This document shows positions 17,640-28,069 of a stretch of DNA of 64,000 nt, in pieces; within the stretch, counting starts at the first letter, position 1, and every line of letters begins with the position of its first letter. Position numbers and translations under genes: made by a program. Location of the stretch: IMG/VR virus record IMGVR_UViG_3300027746_000697, positions 1 to 64,000 of that record; one strand, given 5' to 3'. The notes under the pieces were generated by a model. That model was given only the letters and a program-made list of their open reading frames with translations. It was not told the origin of the DNA and did no database searches. Source of the stretch: a virus.

Positions 17640-18931
17640 GATTTAATGAATTCAAATCTTTTTTAAGAGAAGATAAAAAGAAAACATATGCAATAGGTGA
17701 TAGTCATGCTAATGCTATTGCCAAAGCTGGAGGGTTTGTTAACCTATCCAAAGACGGTAGACGGGTAGAACGTCCAGAGAATCTGGCCGCAGTTAACCAA
17801 GTATTACCAGGCAGTGTAGTTGTTGTATCGCTTGGTGCCAACAACATGTTAGATGAAAACAAAGACAGCGTTGCAGATCAAATAGCTGATTTGTTACAAA
17901 CATTATTGAGTAAAAAATGCAAAGTATATTATATATTGTTTGCTGAAACTGATAATCCCAAGTATGCCAAAGACAGGAATAGATTAAGAACAACAGTTCA
18001 GTCAGTAATTCCGTCATCAGTACATGTTATTGATATGGGTACATTATCCATCAAAAACGGCGACGGAGTACATGCTAACGGAGGCTGGTACAACTCTACA
18101 GCACAAACTATCAAGTCGGAGTCTACAAATTTCCCAAGCGCAACCAGTCAAGTACCTGCACAAGACATTGTATCGCCTAGCAAAGAAGTTGGTGAGGTTG
18201 ATCAAGCTACAAAAGTTTCACCCAGTATCTATACTGTGGTGAGCGGTGACAATCTTTCAAATATTGCAAAAGACCACGGAGTTCCGTTAGCAGATTTGAT
18301 TGCCGCCAACAAGCAAATTAAGAATCCCAACAAAATCTATCCGGGTGATAAAGTTACCATTCCAGGCGGAAGCCACACTAATCCTACTCCACTACCGCCA
18401 GCCGTGGAACGCGGTCATCCAACAATGAAAGATGATCCACGTATCGTAACACCTACGCAACCTAAGAAGAAAAAAACTTTCAGCAAATACGAAATAGCCA
18501 ATACTGATTCAGCTGGCGAATGTTTTGACTTTTTTAAAGATAAAGGATTCAACGATATTCAATGTTCTGCATTTGTTGGAAATTTCAACGCTGAATCAGG
18601 ATTTAATACTACGGCGCACAACAAAAAAGAAAATGCAAGAGGAATTATACAGTGGAGACTAGATCGATTGAGTGGCCTTGCTGAATTTGCAAAAAAAGTT
18701 AAGAAAAAATGGCATAGTTTAGAATTACAATTAGATTATTCTTGGCACGAACTCACCGGAAGATACAAGAAAGTATTGCCAGCATTAGAGCGTAATAAAA
18801 ACAATCTTGAAGAATGTGTTAGAATTATCATGGACGATTACGAAGTCGCCAGTCCACAGTCTTATCCAGAACGATTGGGATATGCCGAGTCAGCCATGCG
18901 TTTATTTGGAACCGAGACTGAACGCAAATAA
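17636..18931 (+). CDS. SGNH-like plus LysM plus phage tail lysozyme multidomain protein
   Basis: IGDS..GANN..DGVH; YTVVSGDNLSNIA..NPNKIYPG; GNFNAES..GIIQW. Confidence 0.8.
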   Translation: MRFNEFKSFLREDKKKTYAIGDSHANAIAKAGGFVNLSKDGRRVERPENLAAVNQVLPGSVVVVSLGANNMLDENKDSVADQIADLLQTLLSKKCKVYYILFAETDNPKYAKDRNRLRTTVQSVIPSSVHVIDMGTLSIKNGDGVHANGGWYNSTAQTIKSESTNFPSATSQVPAQDIVSPSKEVGEVDQATKVSPSIYTVVSGDNLSNIAKDHGVPLADLIAANKQIKNPNKIYPGDKVTIPGGSHTNPTPLPPAVERGHPTMKDDPRIVTPTQPKKKKTFSKYEIANTDSAGECFDFFKDKGFNDIQCSAFVGNFNAESGFNTTAHNKKENARGIIQWRLDRLSGLAEFAKKVKKKWHSLELQLDYSWHELTGRYKKVLPALERNKNNLEECVRIIMDDYEVASPQSYPERLGYAESAMRLFGTETERK

Positions 18932-18939
18932 ATATCTGC

Positions 18940-19488
18940 ATGAATATAGTAGGTACACTCTTAATTGCGCCGCCCGCAGTAAAAAACAATTTCTGGCATA
19001 AATCCGTAATAGCAGTAACAGAGCACCACGGCCAAGGCAGTGTAGGTTTTATACTGAATAAACGTAGCCCGTTGAGCATCTTTGAATTTGGAAAACAAAT
19101 GAACTGCGATATAGATCTGCCAGGCTATGTGTATGTGGGCGGCCCTGTACATAATCAAAGTTTAACCATGCTACATTCAAACGAATGGTCAACAGGAAAC
19201 ACCTTAAGGGTAACTGATAAATTATCCATCAGTAGTACTGGCGATATGATACACAGATTAGCATCAGGCGACAGACCAGAATACTATAGAATATTTCTTG
19301 GCATGTGCGGATGGGCGGTTAATCAGTTAGAAGGCGAAATTGAAGGTAAACCACCGTGGACCAAAGAAACCAGTTGGTGTCTTACTAAAGCAACTATGGA
19401 TTTGGTTTTTGGTAGTGATCAACAGGATCAATGGTGTGGTGCCCTGGATAAAAGTGGATTAGAATTCGCTCAAAACATTTTGGCATAA
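18940..19488 (+). CDS. YqgE/AlgH family protein
   Basis: LLIAPP, GFILNK, GGPV, LGMCGW..QLEGEI. Confidence 0.85.
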   Translation: MNIVGTLLIAPPAVKNNFWHKSVIAVTEHHGQGSVGFILNKRSPLSIFEFGKQMNCDIDLPGYVYVGGPVHNQSLTMLHSNEWSTGNTLRVTDKLSISSTGDMIHRLASGDRPEYYRIFLGMCGWAVNQLEGEIEGKPPWTKETSWCLTKATMDLVFGSDQQDQWCGALDKSGLEFAQNILA

Positions 19489-19538
19489 GTAATATTAAGT
19501 GTATAATGTTTAATACACCGCCGTTTTAAAAGGTTCTT

Positions 19539-20051
19539 ATGGCAGATACGTTAGTCCTCAACGCTGACGGTTTACCAGTCAGCGTATTACCGTTAAGTAC
19601 AATCAATTGGCAAGAGTCAATCAAATACATGGTCTTGGAAAAGGCTGTTGTATTGCATTGGCACGACAATTGGATCGTGCGTTCAGCACGTTGGGAAACA
19701 CTGGTTCCTAGCGTGATTATTCTGCGCGACTATATGAAAATCAAAACCACAGTGAGATTCAGCAGATCCAATGTATACTTGAGAGACAACGGTCAATGTC
19801 AATATTGCGGCTGTAGTATAGAACGCAAGGTTGCAACACTGGATCACGTACTGCCAGTATCTAAAGGCGGTAAAACCACATGGGACAACTGTGTAACTGC
19901 CTGCGGCCCTTGCAACAGTCATAAAAGCGACAAATTAGGTATCAAGCCAAGAATCAAACCTTACAAGCCAGACTACTACAATCTTGTAAATAAACGCAAG
20001 AAACAAGATTTCAATGTAAGGCACACAGAATGGTTACAATATCTAAAGTAA
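19539..20051 (+). CDS. HNH endonuclease
   Basis: RD...CQYCG, TLDHVLPVSKGG.TTWDNCVTAC..CN..K. Confidence 0.9.
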   Translation: MADTLVLNADGLPVSVLPLSTINWQESIKYMVLEKAVVLHWHDNWIVRSARWETLVPSVIILRDYMKIKTTVRFSRSNVYLRDNGQCQYCGCSIERKVATLDHVLPVSKGGKTTWDNCVTACGPCNSHKSDKLGIKPRIKPYKPDYYNLVNKRKKQDFNVRHTEWLQYLK

Positions 20052-20467
20052 AACGATTCCTATGGAAAGTCCTAGGATTCCTTAGTCTTGGCATGGCCTA
20101 TGTGGGAATAATTACACCCGGCATTCCTTATAGTTGTTTTGTAGTGTTTGCGGCCTATTGCTTTGCCAAGGGCTCGCCTAAGATGCATGCCTGGTTATAC
20201 AACCATAAGATCTTTGGACCGTTCCTAACCAACTGGGGCGAGAAGCGAGTCTTCCCACAGAAGATGAAATACTTCATGTTGGCCATGATGAGCAGTAGTC
20301 TTTGCATCATGTATTTTACTAATGTACCTACACGCGGCATTATCTACACAGGTATCTTCATGTTCTTTGTAGCAGTATGGGCTTGGCGCTTTCCTGGCAG
20401 TGTAGAAGAACATGACAAACGTATTACAGATGGTCGCAAGATTGGTTGGTTTAACAACAGCTTCTAA
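20030..20467 (+). CDS. YbaN/DUF454 inner-membrane protein
   Basis: GIITPGIP..F...AAYCFAKGS..MHAWL..HK.FGP. Confidence 0.8.
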   Translation: MVTISKVKRFLWKVLGFLSLGMAYVGIITPGIPYSCFVVFAAYCFAKGSPKMHAWLYNHKIFGPFLTNWGEKRVFPQKMKYFMLAMMSSSLCIMYFTNVPTRGIIYTGIFMFFVAVWAWRFPGSVEEHDKRITDGRKIGWFNNSF

Positions 20468-20468
20468 C

Positions 20469-21143
20469 ATGAGAATAATATCATTTGGTCCTAGTGAAAT
20501 GTACGGACATGGCTTAGTAGATTGTTTTATTCCTCCAAATACGCCTGGAAATATTCCAAGTAAATTTGCATATCCTAATTTAGTAGCAAACTACTTAGAA
20601 TGTGAATGTATAAATCTCAGTAGTCCAGGTTGCGGCGCATTGGATGTACTTTTAAAAATATTAGATTTTGACTTTGATAACAACGATATTGTATTGGTAC
20701 AATGGCCATCACTGGGTACTGCAACATTAATATCAGAAGACAATAATCTCGTTAACATACAGCCTTGGATGGCCGAAGATTCTTTAAAAATAATGAAACA
20801 TGTAGTTGGTGCAGATTTAATACAATATCAAGCAAACAAATCAAACTTATCAATCAGTGAACAATTAATAGTTGCACAAAACTTTTACAAGACACATAGT
20901 GATAGGCATTTATCAATTACTAATTGTTTGTATATGGACTATGCCGCGCTTTATTTAGACAGTAAGTATCTTAAAAAGGTGTTTGGCGGCGCCGAATCTT
21001 GGAACTTTGAATACTCTCCAGTAACTGATCATAGAGTTATGAAAAATCACAGTGACTTCTTAGATGTTGCATTGGACGGGCAACATCCAGGTCCGCTATG
21101 GCATCAGCAGATAGCCAACGAAATTGTGTCAATATTACAATAA
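20469..21143 (+). CDS. SGNH-like hypothetical protein
   Basis: FGPSEMYG, NLSSPG, DGQHPG. Confidence 0.55.
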   Translation: MRIISFGPSEMYGHGLVDCFIPPNTPGNIPSKFAYPNLVANYLECECINLSSPGCGALDVLLKILDFDFDNNDIVLVQWPSLGTATLISEDNNLVNIQPWMAEDSLKIMKHVVGADLIQYQANKSNLSISEQLIVAQNFYKTHSDRHLSITNCLYMDYAALYLDSKYLKKVFGGAESWNFEYSPVTDHRVMKNHSDFLDVALDGQHPGPLWHQQIANEIVSILQ

Positions 21144-21177
21144 TTTCTAATAAATACTCTTATTACACGGAGTATAT

Positions 21178-21612
21178 ATGAAACGATTATTAGCATTACT
21201 ATTGTTAGTTCCAGTACTGGCATTTGCACAAAAAACACCCCAAGGCGTCACATATGATGCCAACATTATTAGAGTAACGGATGGCGATACAGTTGTTATC
21301 GCCGCACCCTTTCTACCTGCACCCCTTAAGCCCGAACTTGCAATACGAGTCTATGGCGTCGATACTCCGGAGAAAGGATTTAGAGGCCAATGCGACTCAG
21401 AAAAGCAACGTGGTGAAGCCGCCACAGTTTTCACTAAAGGTCTCATCAACGCCAGCCAACATCGACAAGTCATTCTATATGGTTGGGATAAATTCGGTGG
21501 TCGTGTATTGGGCGATCTTATTCTAAATGGACAGAGTCTACGTGCTGCCTTAATTGCCAATGGCTTTGCTCGTGAGTACTACGGCGAGGCAAAACAAAGC
21601 TGGTGCAATTAA
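21178..21612 (+). CDS. secreted thermonuclease (SNase-like)
   Basis: signal peptide; DGDT, RVYGVDTPE, DKFGGR. Confidence 0.9.
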   Translation: MKRLLALLLLVPVLAFAQKTPQGVTYDANIIRVTDGDTVVIAAPFLPAPLKPELAIRVYGVDTPEKGFRGQCDSEKQRGEAATVFTKGLINASQHRQVILYGWDKFGGRVLGDLILNGQSLRAALIANGFAREYYGEAKQSWCN

Positions 21613-21779
21613 ATCAAAGGACATAGATGAAAATGGACTACCCAGTATACCCAGAAGATGATGGAACAGACACTAAAAGAAATCCTTATAGCCCTGTTTA
21701 AACAGTTATACATTGGATTGGCATTGTTTGGTGCCGGTGTGGGCGGTATACTTTTAACATTTGAGGATATTAAAAACCT

Positions 21780-22319
21780 ATGAGAGCAACAGAATTTATA
21801 ACCGAAGACTGGAACAAAGTTAATCATCATGACAAAACCAACGGTCTAAGTCAAAAAGCTGTTAATGCATATCGTAGAGAGAATCCAGGCAGCAAATTAA
21901 AAACAGCAGTTACTACTAAGCCCAACAAGTTGAAAGCAGGCAGTAAGGATGCCAAACGCCGTAAGAGTTTTTGTGCCCGCATGAGTGGCAACAAAGGCCC
22001 AATGAAGAAACCCAATGGCAAACCTACACCAAAGGCATTGGCATTACGCAGATGGAACTGTGAGAGCGTGGAAGAGATGGTGGACATGATCATAGAGAAT
22101 ATGGATCATGCCAAGGACAATCAAGCTGTGCCAGAACTCAAGTCAGCATTGTTAGCAAAGAAAGTAACATTACAAAATGCCAGCGAAGATCAGGTATACG
22201 ATATTATTGATACATTAATGACACGTATCGCCAAGTCGCACGGCATAAGTGGACAGAAGTTACATGACATGTGGGTTAAAGAGTACGATCAAATACCGGA
22301 CACTTGGATTATGAAATGA
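21780..22319 (+). CDS. basic modular virion protein with MRATEF leader
   Basis: MRATEFITE; K/R-rich domain RRKSFCARM..ALRRWNC followed by a second module. Confidence 0.75.
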   Translation: MRATEFITEDWNKVNHHDKTNGLSQKAVNAYRRENPGSKLKTAVTTKPNKLKAGSKDAKRRKSFCARMSGNKGPMKKPNGKPTPKALALRRWNCESVEEMVDMIIENMDHAKDNQAVPELKSALLAKKVTLQNASEDQVYDIIDTLMTRIAKSHGISGQKLHDMWVKEYDQIPDTWIMK

Positions 22320-23236
22320 GAGCTGTTGAAATACAACCACGCAAACTGGTTATCTTTGACATAGATGACACGCTGGTGCATACTCAAACCACAGTACACG
22401 TAATTAAAGACGGCCGTGCTGTGAAAGCTCTTAACAGTCACGACTTCACACACTACAAACTACAACCTGGCGAATCGTTTGACTTTGAAAACTTTCGCAA
22501 CGCACAAGAATTCTTTAATAACAGCAAACCAATCATCCCCATGATTGATCAGCTGAAACATGATATCAACACAGGCAACAAGGTAGTCATGGTAACTGCC
22601 CGTGCTGACTTTGATGATAGAGAATTGTTCTTGGACACGTTTCGCAAGTATGGGGTAGACATGGATCGTGTGCATGTGTACCGTGCTGGCAACATGAATA
22701 ACAAAATTCAAACAGAAGAAAAGAAAAAGATTATTATTCGTGGCTTAATGGACAAAACACCATATACCAAAGCCATTATGTATGATGATGCTGTGCCTAA
22801 TTTAAAAAGTTTTTTAGAACTTAAACAAGAATATCCACAGACTAGATTTTATGCTTGGCATGTGAGTTTGGAAGGTGACGCCAGCGAGTATCATAGAACA
22901 AATGAATCACAATCGTTAGAAGAACGCAAGAAGAAACGCAAACCACGCAGAGCCGCATATGGTCCTGGATTGTACGGTGGGTATGGATATTTCTCAAACT
23001 ACGGCAACAGTGATAGTGCAAGCGACAGTGGTGGAGGCGATGGAGGCGGTGGCGAAAGTATGGCACAAGAAAACTTTGCTGATGGACGTAATCCACAAGA
23101 CAAAGGTGATTCAAAGCGTCACGGAGTTCCTACTAAAGCAAGCGTAAGTACACTGCGCAAGGTTGCTAAACAAGGCGGCCGCAAAGGACAACTGGCCCAT
23201 TGGATGGCTAATATGAAAGCAGGACGTAACAAATGA
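22316..23236 (+). CDS. HAD-superfamily phosphatase with C-terminal low-complexity and basic modules
   Basis: IFDIDDTL, VTAR, MYDD. Confidence 0.8.
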   Translation: MRAVEIQPRKLVIFDIDDTLVHTQTTVHVIKDGRAVKALNSHDFTHYKLQPGESFDFENFRNAQEFFNNSKPIIPMIDQLKHDINTGNKVVMVTARADFDDRELFLDTFRKYGVDMDRVHVYRAGNMNNKIQTEEKKKIIIRGLMDKTPYTKAIMYDDAVPNLKSFLELKQEYPQTRFYAWHVSLEGDASEYHRTNESQSLEERKKKRKPRRAAYGPGLYGGYGYFSNYGNSDSASDSGGGDGGGGESMAQENFADGRNPQDKGDSKRHGVPTKASVSTLRKVAKQGGRKGQLAHWMANMKAGRNK

Positions 23237-23616
23237 AAAAACTTTTAGCAATATTAGCATTGGTAAGTTTAACAGGCTGCGCCAGCATTATGGAATACAT
23301 TCCCAGCGGCTGGGATGCTAACCAAGCCCGAGTGATTACAGACATACAACAACAAGCTAGACACTTTGATTGCAAGGCAGAGTTAAAGCCGCAAGTTGAT
23401 AAGCTAGCTAGAGATGTAGAATGGTTTGATATCTACAGTCAAACCAAACCCACACGTGACATCAATAAACTAACAGGCGCCATCAAAGACACTGTTAAAG
23501 AATTGCAAGAGCGTGTGGCCAAAGGCTCAGTGAGTCCATTGTACTGTGATCTTAAGAAGAAAATCATACAACAACAAGCAGACATACTGGCTAAATCAGT
23601 ACAAGGGAGATTCTAA
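23233..23616 (+). CDS. lipoprotein
   Basis: lipobox LTGC. Confidence 0.75.
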   Translation: MKKLLAILALVSLTGCASIMEYIPSGWDANQARVITDIQQQARHFDCKAELKPQVDKLARDVEWFDIYSQTKPTRDINKLTGAIKDTVKELQERVAKGSVSPLYCDLKKKIIQQQADILAKSVQGRF

Positions 23617-23846
23617 TGAGCGCATTAGCTGAATTAATGAACAGTGGTAACACATGGGCCGCAGAACGTGCCCGGTATGCATTACAAGTACATGAAGCTG
23701 TGGGTGCTGGACAACTAAGTGCAAGCGAAGCTAGAGAGATCTTACAAGATTTAATCAGTACGGACAAACTGGAGGAAGCGGCAGCTGATCAACAAGCCCG
23801 TGCCGCATTGGTGTTTGGTGTTACACAGCTGATCAGTTTGTATTAA
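23616..23846 (+). CDS. hypothetical protein
   Basis: GGGAGA SD; coupled to the lipoprotein gene. Confidence 0.7.
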   Translation: MSALAELMNSGNTWAAERARYALQVHEAVGAGQLSASEAREILQDLISTDKLEEAAADQQARAALVFGVTQLISLY

Positions 23847-25032
23847 ACAACTTGGTCAGTGCTTGAACCAAGTCTTCAATCATTCCATCATCATGAAACG
23901 GAGTAGGTGCAAATCGTAACCGCTCCGTTCCCACATCCACTGTGGGATAGTTGATGGCTTGCACATAGATGTTGTGGTCATTCAACAGCGCATCACTCAT
24001 GGCTTTGGCACGTTTGGCATCGCCCACAAACACAGGCACAATGTGTGTGGTAGCACACTCCATTACAGGAATACCTGCGGCTTTTAATCTGTGTTTCAAT
24101 GTGGCAGCACGTTCTTGATGACGCTCACGGATCTCAGGATGTGCTTTTAAATATTTGATTGCACCCATGGCACCAGCACAAGTTACAGGGCTCATTGACG
24201 TTGTGAAGATAAAACCAGCGGCCACACTTCGAATAGCATCAGCCACAATTCTGTCGCAAGCAATGTAGCCGCCTTGTACTCCAAAGGCCTTTCCCAAGGT
24301 ACCATTGACTATGTCAATTTTGTGTTCGAGCGCCAGCTCTTCTACTTTGCCGCCACCAGTTGCACCATACAAACCTACTGCGTGAACTTCATCAATGTAT
24401 GTAATGGCCTTGTATTTTTTTGCCAGTTCGCATATGGCTTTCATTGGACTTATATCACCGTCCATGCTGTAAACTGATTCAAACACCACACAAGGAGTAT
24501 TGCCCTGTGCAAAACTGATCTTGAGTTTCTGTTCTAGATCTTCTAAGTCATTGTGTTTGAAGATAACTTTCTTGGCCCGACTGTGACTGATACCTATGAT
24601 GATACTGTTGTGATTGTTGCTGTCGCTGATGTATTCGATGTTGGGTATAATCTTGGCCAAGGCAATCAGTGTCCATTCATTGGCCACATAAGCTGAACTA
24701 AACAGCACTGCCTTTTCTTTCTTGTGTAGGGTTGCTAATTCATGCTCTAGAGCCACGTGATAGTGACTGGTGCCGCCAATATTACGTGTCCCGCCCGAAC
24801 CTGACCCAGTATGATCCAGTGCTGTGTGCATGGCATCCAACACCACTTTGTGCTGTCCCATGCCCAAGTAATCGTTGCTACACCAGTTCACAATGTTCTT
24901 GATGTTGTATGGGCCGTACCAAATAGCATTGGGAAACTTACCATTCTCCCGCACAATGTCGTTGAAAACACGATATTTGCCGGAATCTTTAAGGTTTTTT
25001 ATTAGATCTTCAAAGGGTTGTTTGTTTATCAT
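23833..25032 (-). CDS. hemA: 5-aminolevulinate synthase (Shemin/C4 pathway)
   Basis: WCSNDYLGM, GSGGTRNI, DEVHAVGLYG, GTLGKAFG, FIFTTS, INYPTV. Confidence 0.93.
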   Translation of the reverse strand: MINKQPFEDLIKNLKDSGKYRVFNDIVRENGKFPNAIWYGPYNIKNIVNWCSNDYLGMGQHKVVLDAMHTALDHTGSGSGGTRNIGGTSHYHVALEHELATLHKKEKAVLFSSAYVANEWTLIALAKIIPNIEYISDSNNHNSIIIGISHSRAKKVIFKHNDLEDLEQKLKISFAQGNTPCVVFESVYSMDGDISPMKAICELAKKYKAITYIDEVHAVGLYGATGGGKVEELALEHKIDIVNGTLGKAFGVQGGYIACDRIVADAIRSVAAGFIFTTSMSPVTCAGAMGAIKYLKAHPEIRERHQERAATLKHRLKAAGIPVMECATTHIVPVFVGDAKRAKAMSDALLNDHNIYVQAINYPTVDVGTERLRFAPTPFHDDGMIEDLVQALTKLFNTN

Positions 25033-25124
25033 AGTGAACTATTTACTATAATGCTGTTGTCAACAGCTAAATATTGATGTGGCGTACTAGCGTCGATCAA
25101 ACAATACTAGATTGGAGAATTACA

Positions 25125-26669
25125 ATGTCAAGAAACAAAATTACCGGCTATTCTGAAAGTTCAGCAATGCCACAACGTGTACGTGATGTACTTGGGCGTT
25201 TAAAAGTAGCAATACATCAGAACATTTATGATGCTGACTTTGAATATGGAACTCAACCTTTACGTTGGGAAGCATTTACATTAAGCGGCGCAACTATTGC
25301 CCACCAGCCAGGATTAGGCGGTGTTAAAATGTCTGTACCAACAACTAGTGGTGCTATCGCAATTCGCCAATCACGCCCATATATGCGTTACCAGCCAGGT
25401 AAGACTATGTTCATGGCTACTGCTTGTCAATTCGGCGCGGCGCTAGCCAACAACGTGACTCGCGTGGGTTTCTTTGATGACGGTAACGGTGCTTTCTTTG
25501 AACAAACTGCCGCTACCGCCGCAAATCCATCAGGCATGGCGGTAGTAATTCGCAGTGATGCTGGCGGAACAGTAACTGATACACGTTTTACACGTGATCA
25601 ATGGAATGGCGATCAGCGTGTTGTTAATACTATTGACGTATCACGTATTCAAATGTATTGGGTCGAATATGCATGGTACGGTGCAGGTGCTACACGTTTT
25701 GGTTTCTGGATTGACGGTGAACCAGTAATTGCACATCAAGTAGGTTGGGGTAACTATGTTAGCCCTACAGGCACTGCACAAACAACTCCTTGGTCACGTA
25801 CAGGTAACTTGCCAGTACGTTACGAACAGCGCAACACAGGCACCATTGCACAAGCCAACGACTTGTTCCATTTTGGTGTATCAGTATTGGTCGAAGGCGG
25901 CCAGGATGATCAGCGTGGTTTCACTTACTCATACGGCATGGCTCCAACCGCTCCAGTTCGTTCAACAGGCGGCGCAGTTACACGTTGGCCGGTACTAAGC
26001 ATTCGTCCAAAAGCAATGGGTACTTCTGAATATACACAAGCTAACAGTGCCGTAACTGCCGGTACAACTACTAGTGTTACATTAACTGGTACTCCATTAA
26101 CCGTTGACCAATTCAAAGGACGTTACATATATTTCCCAGGATTGAGTACAACACAAGGTGGTACAGGTGCAATCGGCCGTATCACAGGCAACACAACCAG
26201 TGTTATCAGTTTTGTTGATAACATCACCGGACTAGCGTTCAGCGCGGCTCCTAGTGCTAGTGCAAACTACACAATTGGTATTTTAAATCGTGGACAGCTA
26301 TTGCCTAAACGTTTAATGGTTGTACAAACTACTGCGGCGCAGAACGTGGTCATTGAACTAGTAGCCACTACTCCTGCTTCACCTATTAACTTAACAGGTG
26401 CAAGTTGGGTAGCATTATCTAGTTTAGGTTCTACTAACTCTTTTGCAGAACGTGACGTATCATCTACATCAATCAACTCAACAGGCGAAGTGGTGTTTGC
26501 GTTTACATTAAGTCCAGGTGCTGGCGTACAAGAAATTGATTTGAGTTACTTCTTTCCATTGTTGAACAGTCTTCGTGGTAACAACGTAGATATTTTATCA
26601 GTATGTGTGACTAGTGCGGCTACTGTTACAGTTGGCGCACATTTGATTTGCCAAGAAGCAATGAGTTAA
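25125..26669 (+). CDS. virion structural protein (tail/fibre-like, beta-rich)
   Basis: T/G/S-rich; late promoter and GGAGA SD upstream. Confidence 0.6.
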   Translation: MSRNKITGYSESSAMPQRVRDVLGRLKVAIHQNIYDADFEYGTQPLRWEAFTLSGATIAHQPGLGGVKMSVPTTSGAIAIRQSRPYMRYQPGKTMFMATACQFGAALANNVTRVGFFDDGNGAFFEQTAATAANPSGMAVVIRSDAGGTVTDTRFTRDQWNGDQRVVNTIDVSRIQMYWVEYAWYGAGATRFGFWIDGEPVIAHQVGWGNYVSPTGTAQTTPWSRTGNLPVRYEQRNTGTIAQANDLFHFGVSVLVEGGQDDQRGFTYSYGMAPTAPVRSTGGAVTRWPVLSIRPKAMGTSEYTQANSAVTAGTTTSVTLTGTPLTVDQFKGRYIYFPGLSTTQGGTGAIGRITGNTTSVISFVDNITGLAFSAAPSASANYTIGILNRGQLLPKRLMVVQTTAAQNVVIELVATTPASPINLTGASWVALSSLGSTNSFAERDVSSTSINSTGEVVFAFTLSPGAGVQEIDLSYFFPLLNSLRGNNVDILSVCVTSAATVTVGAHLICQEAMS

Positions 26670-26670
26670 T

Positions 26671-27081
26671 ATGCGAGCTAAAGAATTCTTAGCAGAAGGG
26701 TTAGATAAGAAGTCAACGTATAGTATACTACACGACTTTGTTCGTTTTGCCGCTGAACATTTGGAACTTGAAACACTGCCCAAGTTTGACTTTGTGTTTG
26801 ACTCAAAGAAAAGTGTTGAGCACAAATCGTTTGGTGGATATCAACCAGGCGCTGAACACATCACTATTACTGTAAAGAATCGCCACATCAATGACGTGTG
26901 CAGAACATTGGCACATGAAATGGTACACTTCAAACAAGACTTGAACAATGAGTTGAGTGATGATGCCGCTGGTTCAACTGGATCACCGCAAGAAAACGAT
27001 GCCAATGCTGAGGCCGCTGTGATCATGCGCAACTGGGGCAAACTGCATCCCAACTACTTTGATAAAGAATCAATAGAATAA
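26671..27081 (+). CDS. zincin-like metallopeptidase with MRAKEF leader
   Basis: RTLAHEMVH (HExxH)...ENDA. Confidence 0.75.
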   Translation: MRAKEFLAEGLDKKSTYSILHDFVRFAAEHLELETLPKFDFVFDSKKSVEHKSFGGYQPGAEHITITVKNRHINDVCRTLAHEMVHFKQDLNNELSDDAAGSTGSPQENDANAEAAVIMRNWGKLHPNYFDKESIE

Positions 27082-27093
27082 AAGGAAAATATC

Positions 27094-27816
27094 ATGGGAA
27101 GACCACTAAAAAAACGACTATTTGGAAACACCAACTTTGGGCTAGCGTCAACTACAAGTGACGACGGCTTAGGAGGTGGATCAGTTACTAGCATAACACA
27201 GTCCTTCAAAGGATCACCCAATCTAACTGGCACACTCACTGTGACACTGCCAGCACCGGATGAACCAGGCGGTGTGCAGGCCACAGCAACTGCCACAGTG
27301 ACCTCGGGCAATGTTACATTTGTGGTGACTGATCCAGGATCAGGTTACAGATCGTTAGTAATGCCTACATTAACCAGTACCAGTGGACAAACAGTGGGCG
27401 TTGGAGGCTTAAACTACGATTTCTTTGGGGTGATAACTGGCGGTGTGGAACACATTAGAATTAGGGCTAACATACTAGGACTAAATGATAACAAAGCTGA
27501 CATTGTGAAACAGTTGGGACCACGTAGGTTCCGAGTTAAAAACGCCAATGGCACAGCCATAGCTCGTATACATCCTGCAGGCATATACTACTTTGGCAAC
27601 TTGCCTGCTGGCTACATGTTCTTTTATGCACATGACAATGCTTCATCTAGATATATAGTCTCAAAGATCACAGCACATAGAGTGACCATAGTACGAGATC
27701 CCACAGACACGGGGCATTTGTTTGCGTCAGGTACCAGTGTGCGTTGGCGCCGAGCCAGTGGTGTGGATGGTGCTAGAACCAATGCTGATGTGACTATAGA
27801 CACACTATTAAACTAA
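27094..27816 (+). CDS. putative virion structural protein
   Basis: MGRPLKKR..FG; DPGSGY beta repeat; IVKQLG.RRF. Confidence 0.6.
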   Translation: MGRPLKKRLFGNTNFGLASTTSDDGLGGGSVTSITQSFKGSPNLTGTLTVTLPAPDEPGGVQATATATVTSGNVTFVVTDPGSGYRSLVMPTLTSTSGQTVGVGGLNYDFFGVITGGVEHIRIRANILGLNDNKADIVKQLGPRRFRVKNANGTAIARIHPAGIYYFGNLPAGYMFFYAHDNASSRYIVSKITAHRVTIVRDPTDTGHLFASGTSVRWRRASGVDGARTNADVTIDTLLN

Positions 27817-27818
27817 TA

Positions 27819-27846
27819 AAAAAGCCCACTCAAGCGTGGGCTTTTT
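27819..27846. terminator. bidirectional intrinsic terminator
   Basis: AAAAAGCCCAC-N6-GTGGGCTTTTT between convergent genes. Confidence 0.8.
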
Positions 27847-28069
27847 CATATGCTCTCATAGCTAGTTGACGTGCTAGCCATAATCTAAACTTCACATAGT
27901 CTGATAGTTCATCACTTTGAACTACTTTACCAAACTGTTCACTGCGTCGATTACGGCCAAAAGTGACCTCATCGTCTATTATGAGGTCACTGCCGTCTAG
28001 GTCAAACTTATTTTGCTGGGGCAGCAGGCTTTGCGTCTGCTTTAGGTGCGTCCTTCTTTGCACCGTCAC
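27830..28069 (-). CDS. small hypothetical protein (start uncertain)
   Basis: protein-like C-terminus ELSDYVKFRLWLARQLAM; overlaps the upstream gene. Confidence 0.45.
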   Translation of the reverse strand: MTVQRRTHLKQTQSLLPQQNKFDLDGSDLIIDDEVTFGRNRRSEQFGKVVQSDELSDYVKFRLWLARQLAMRAYEKAHA

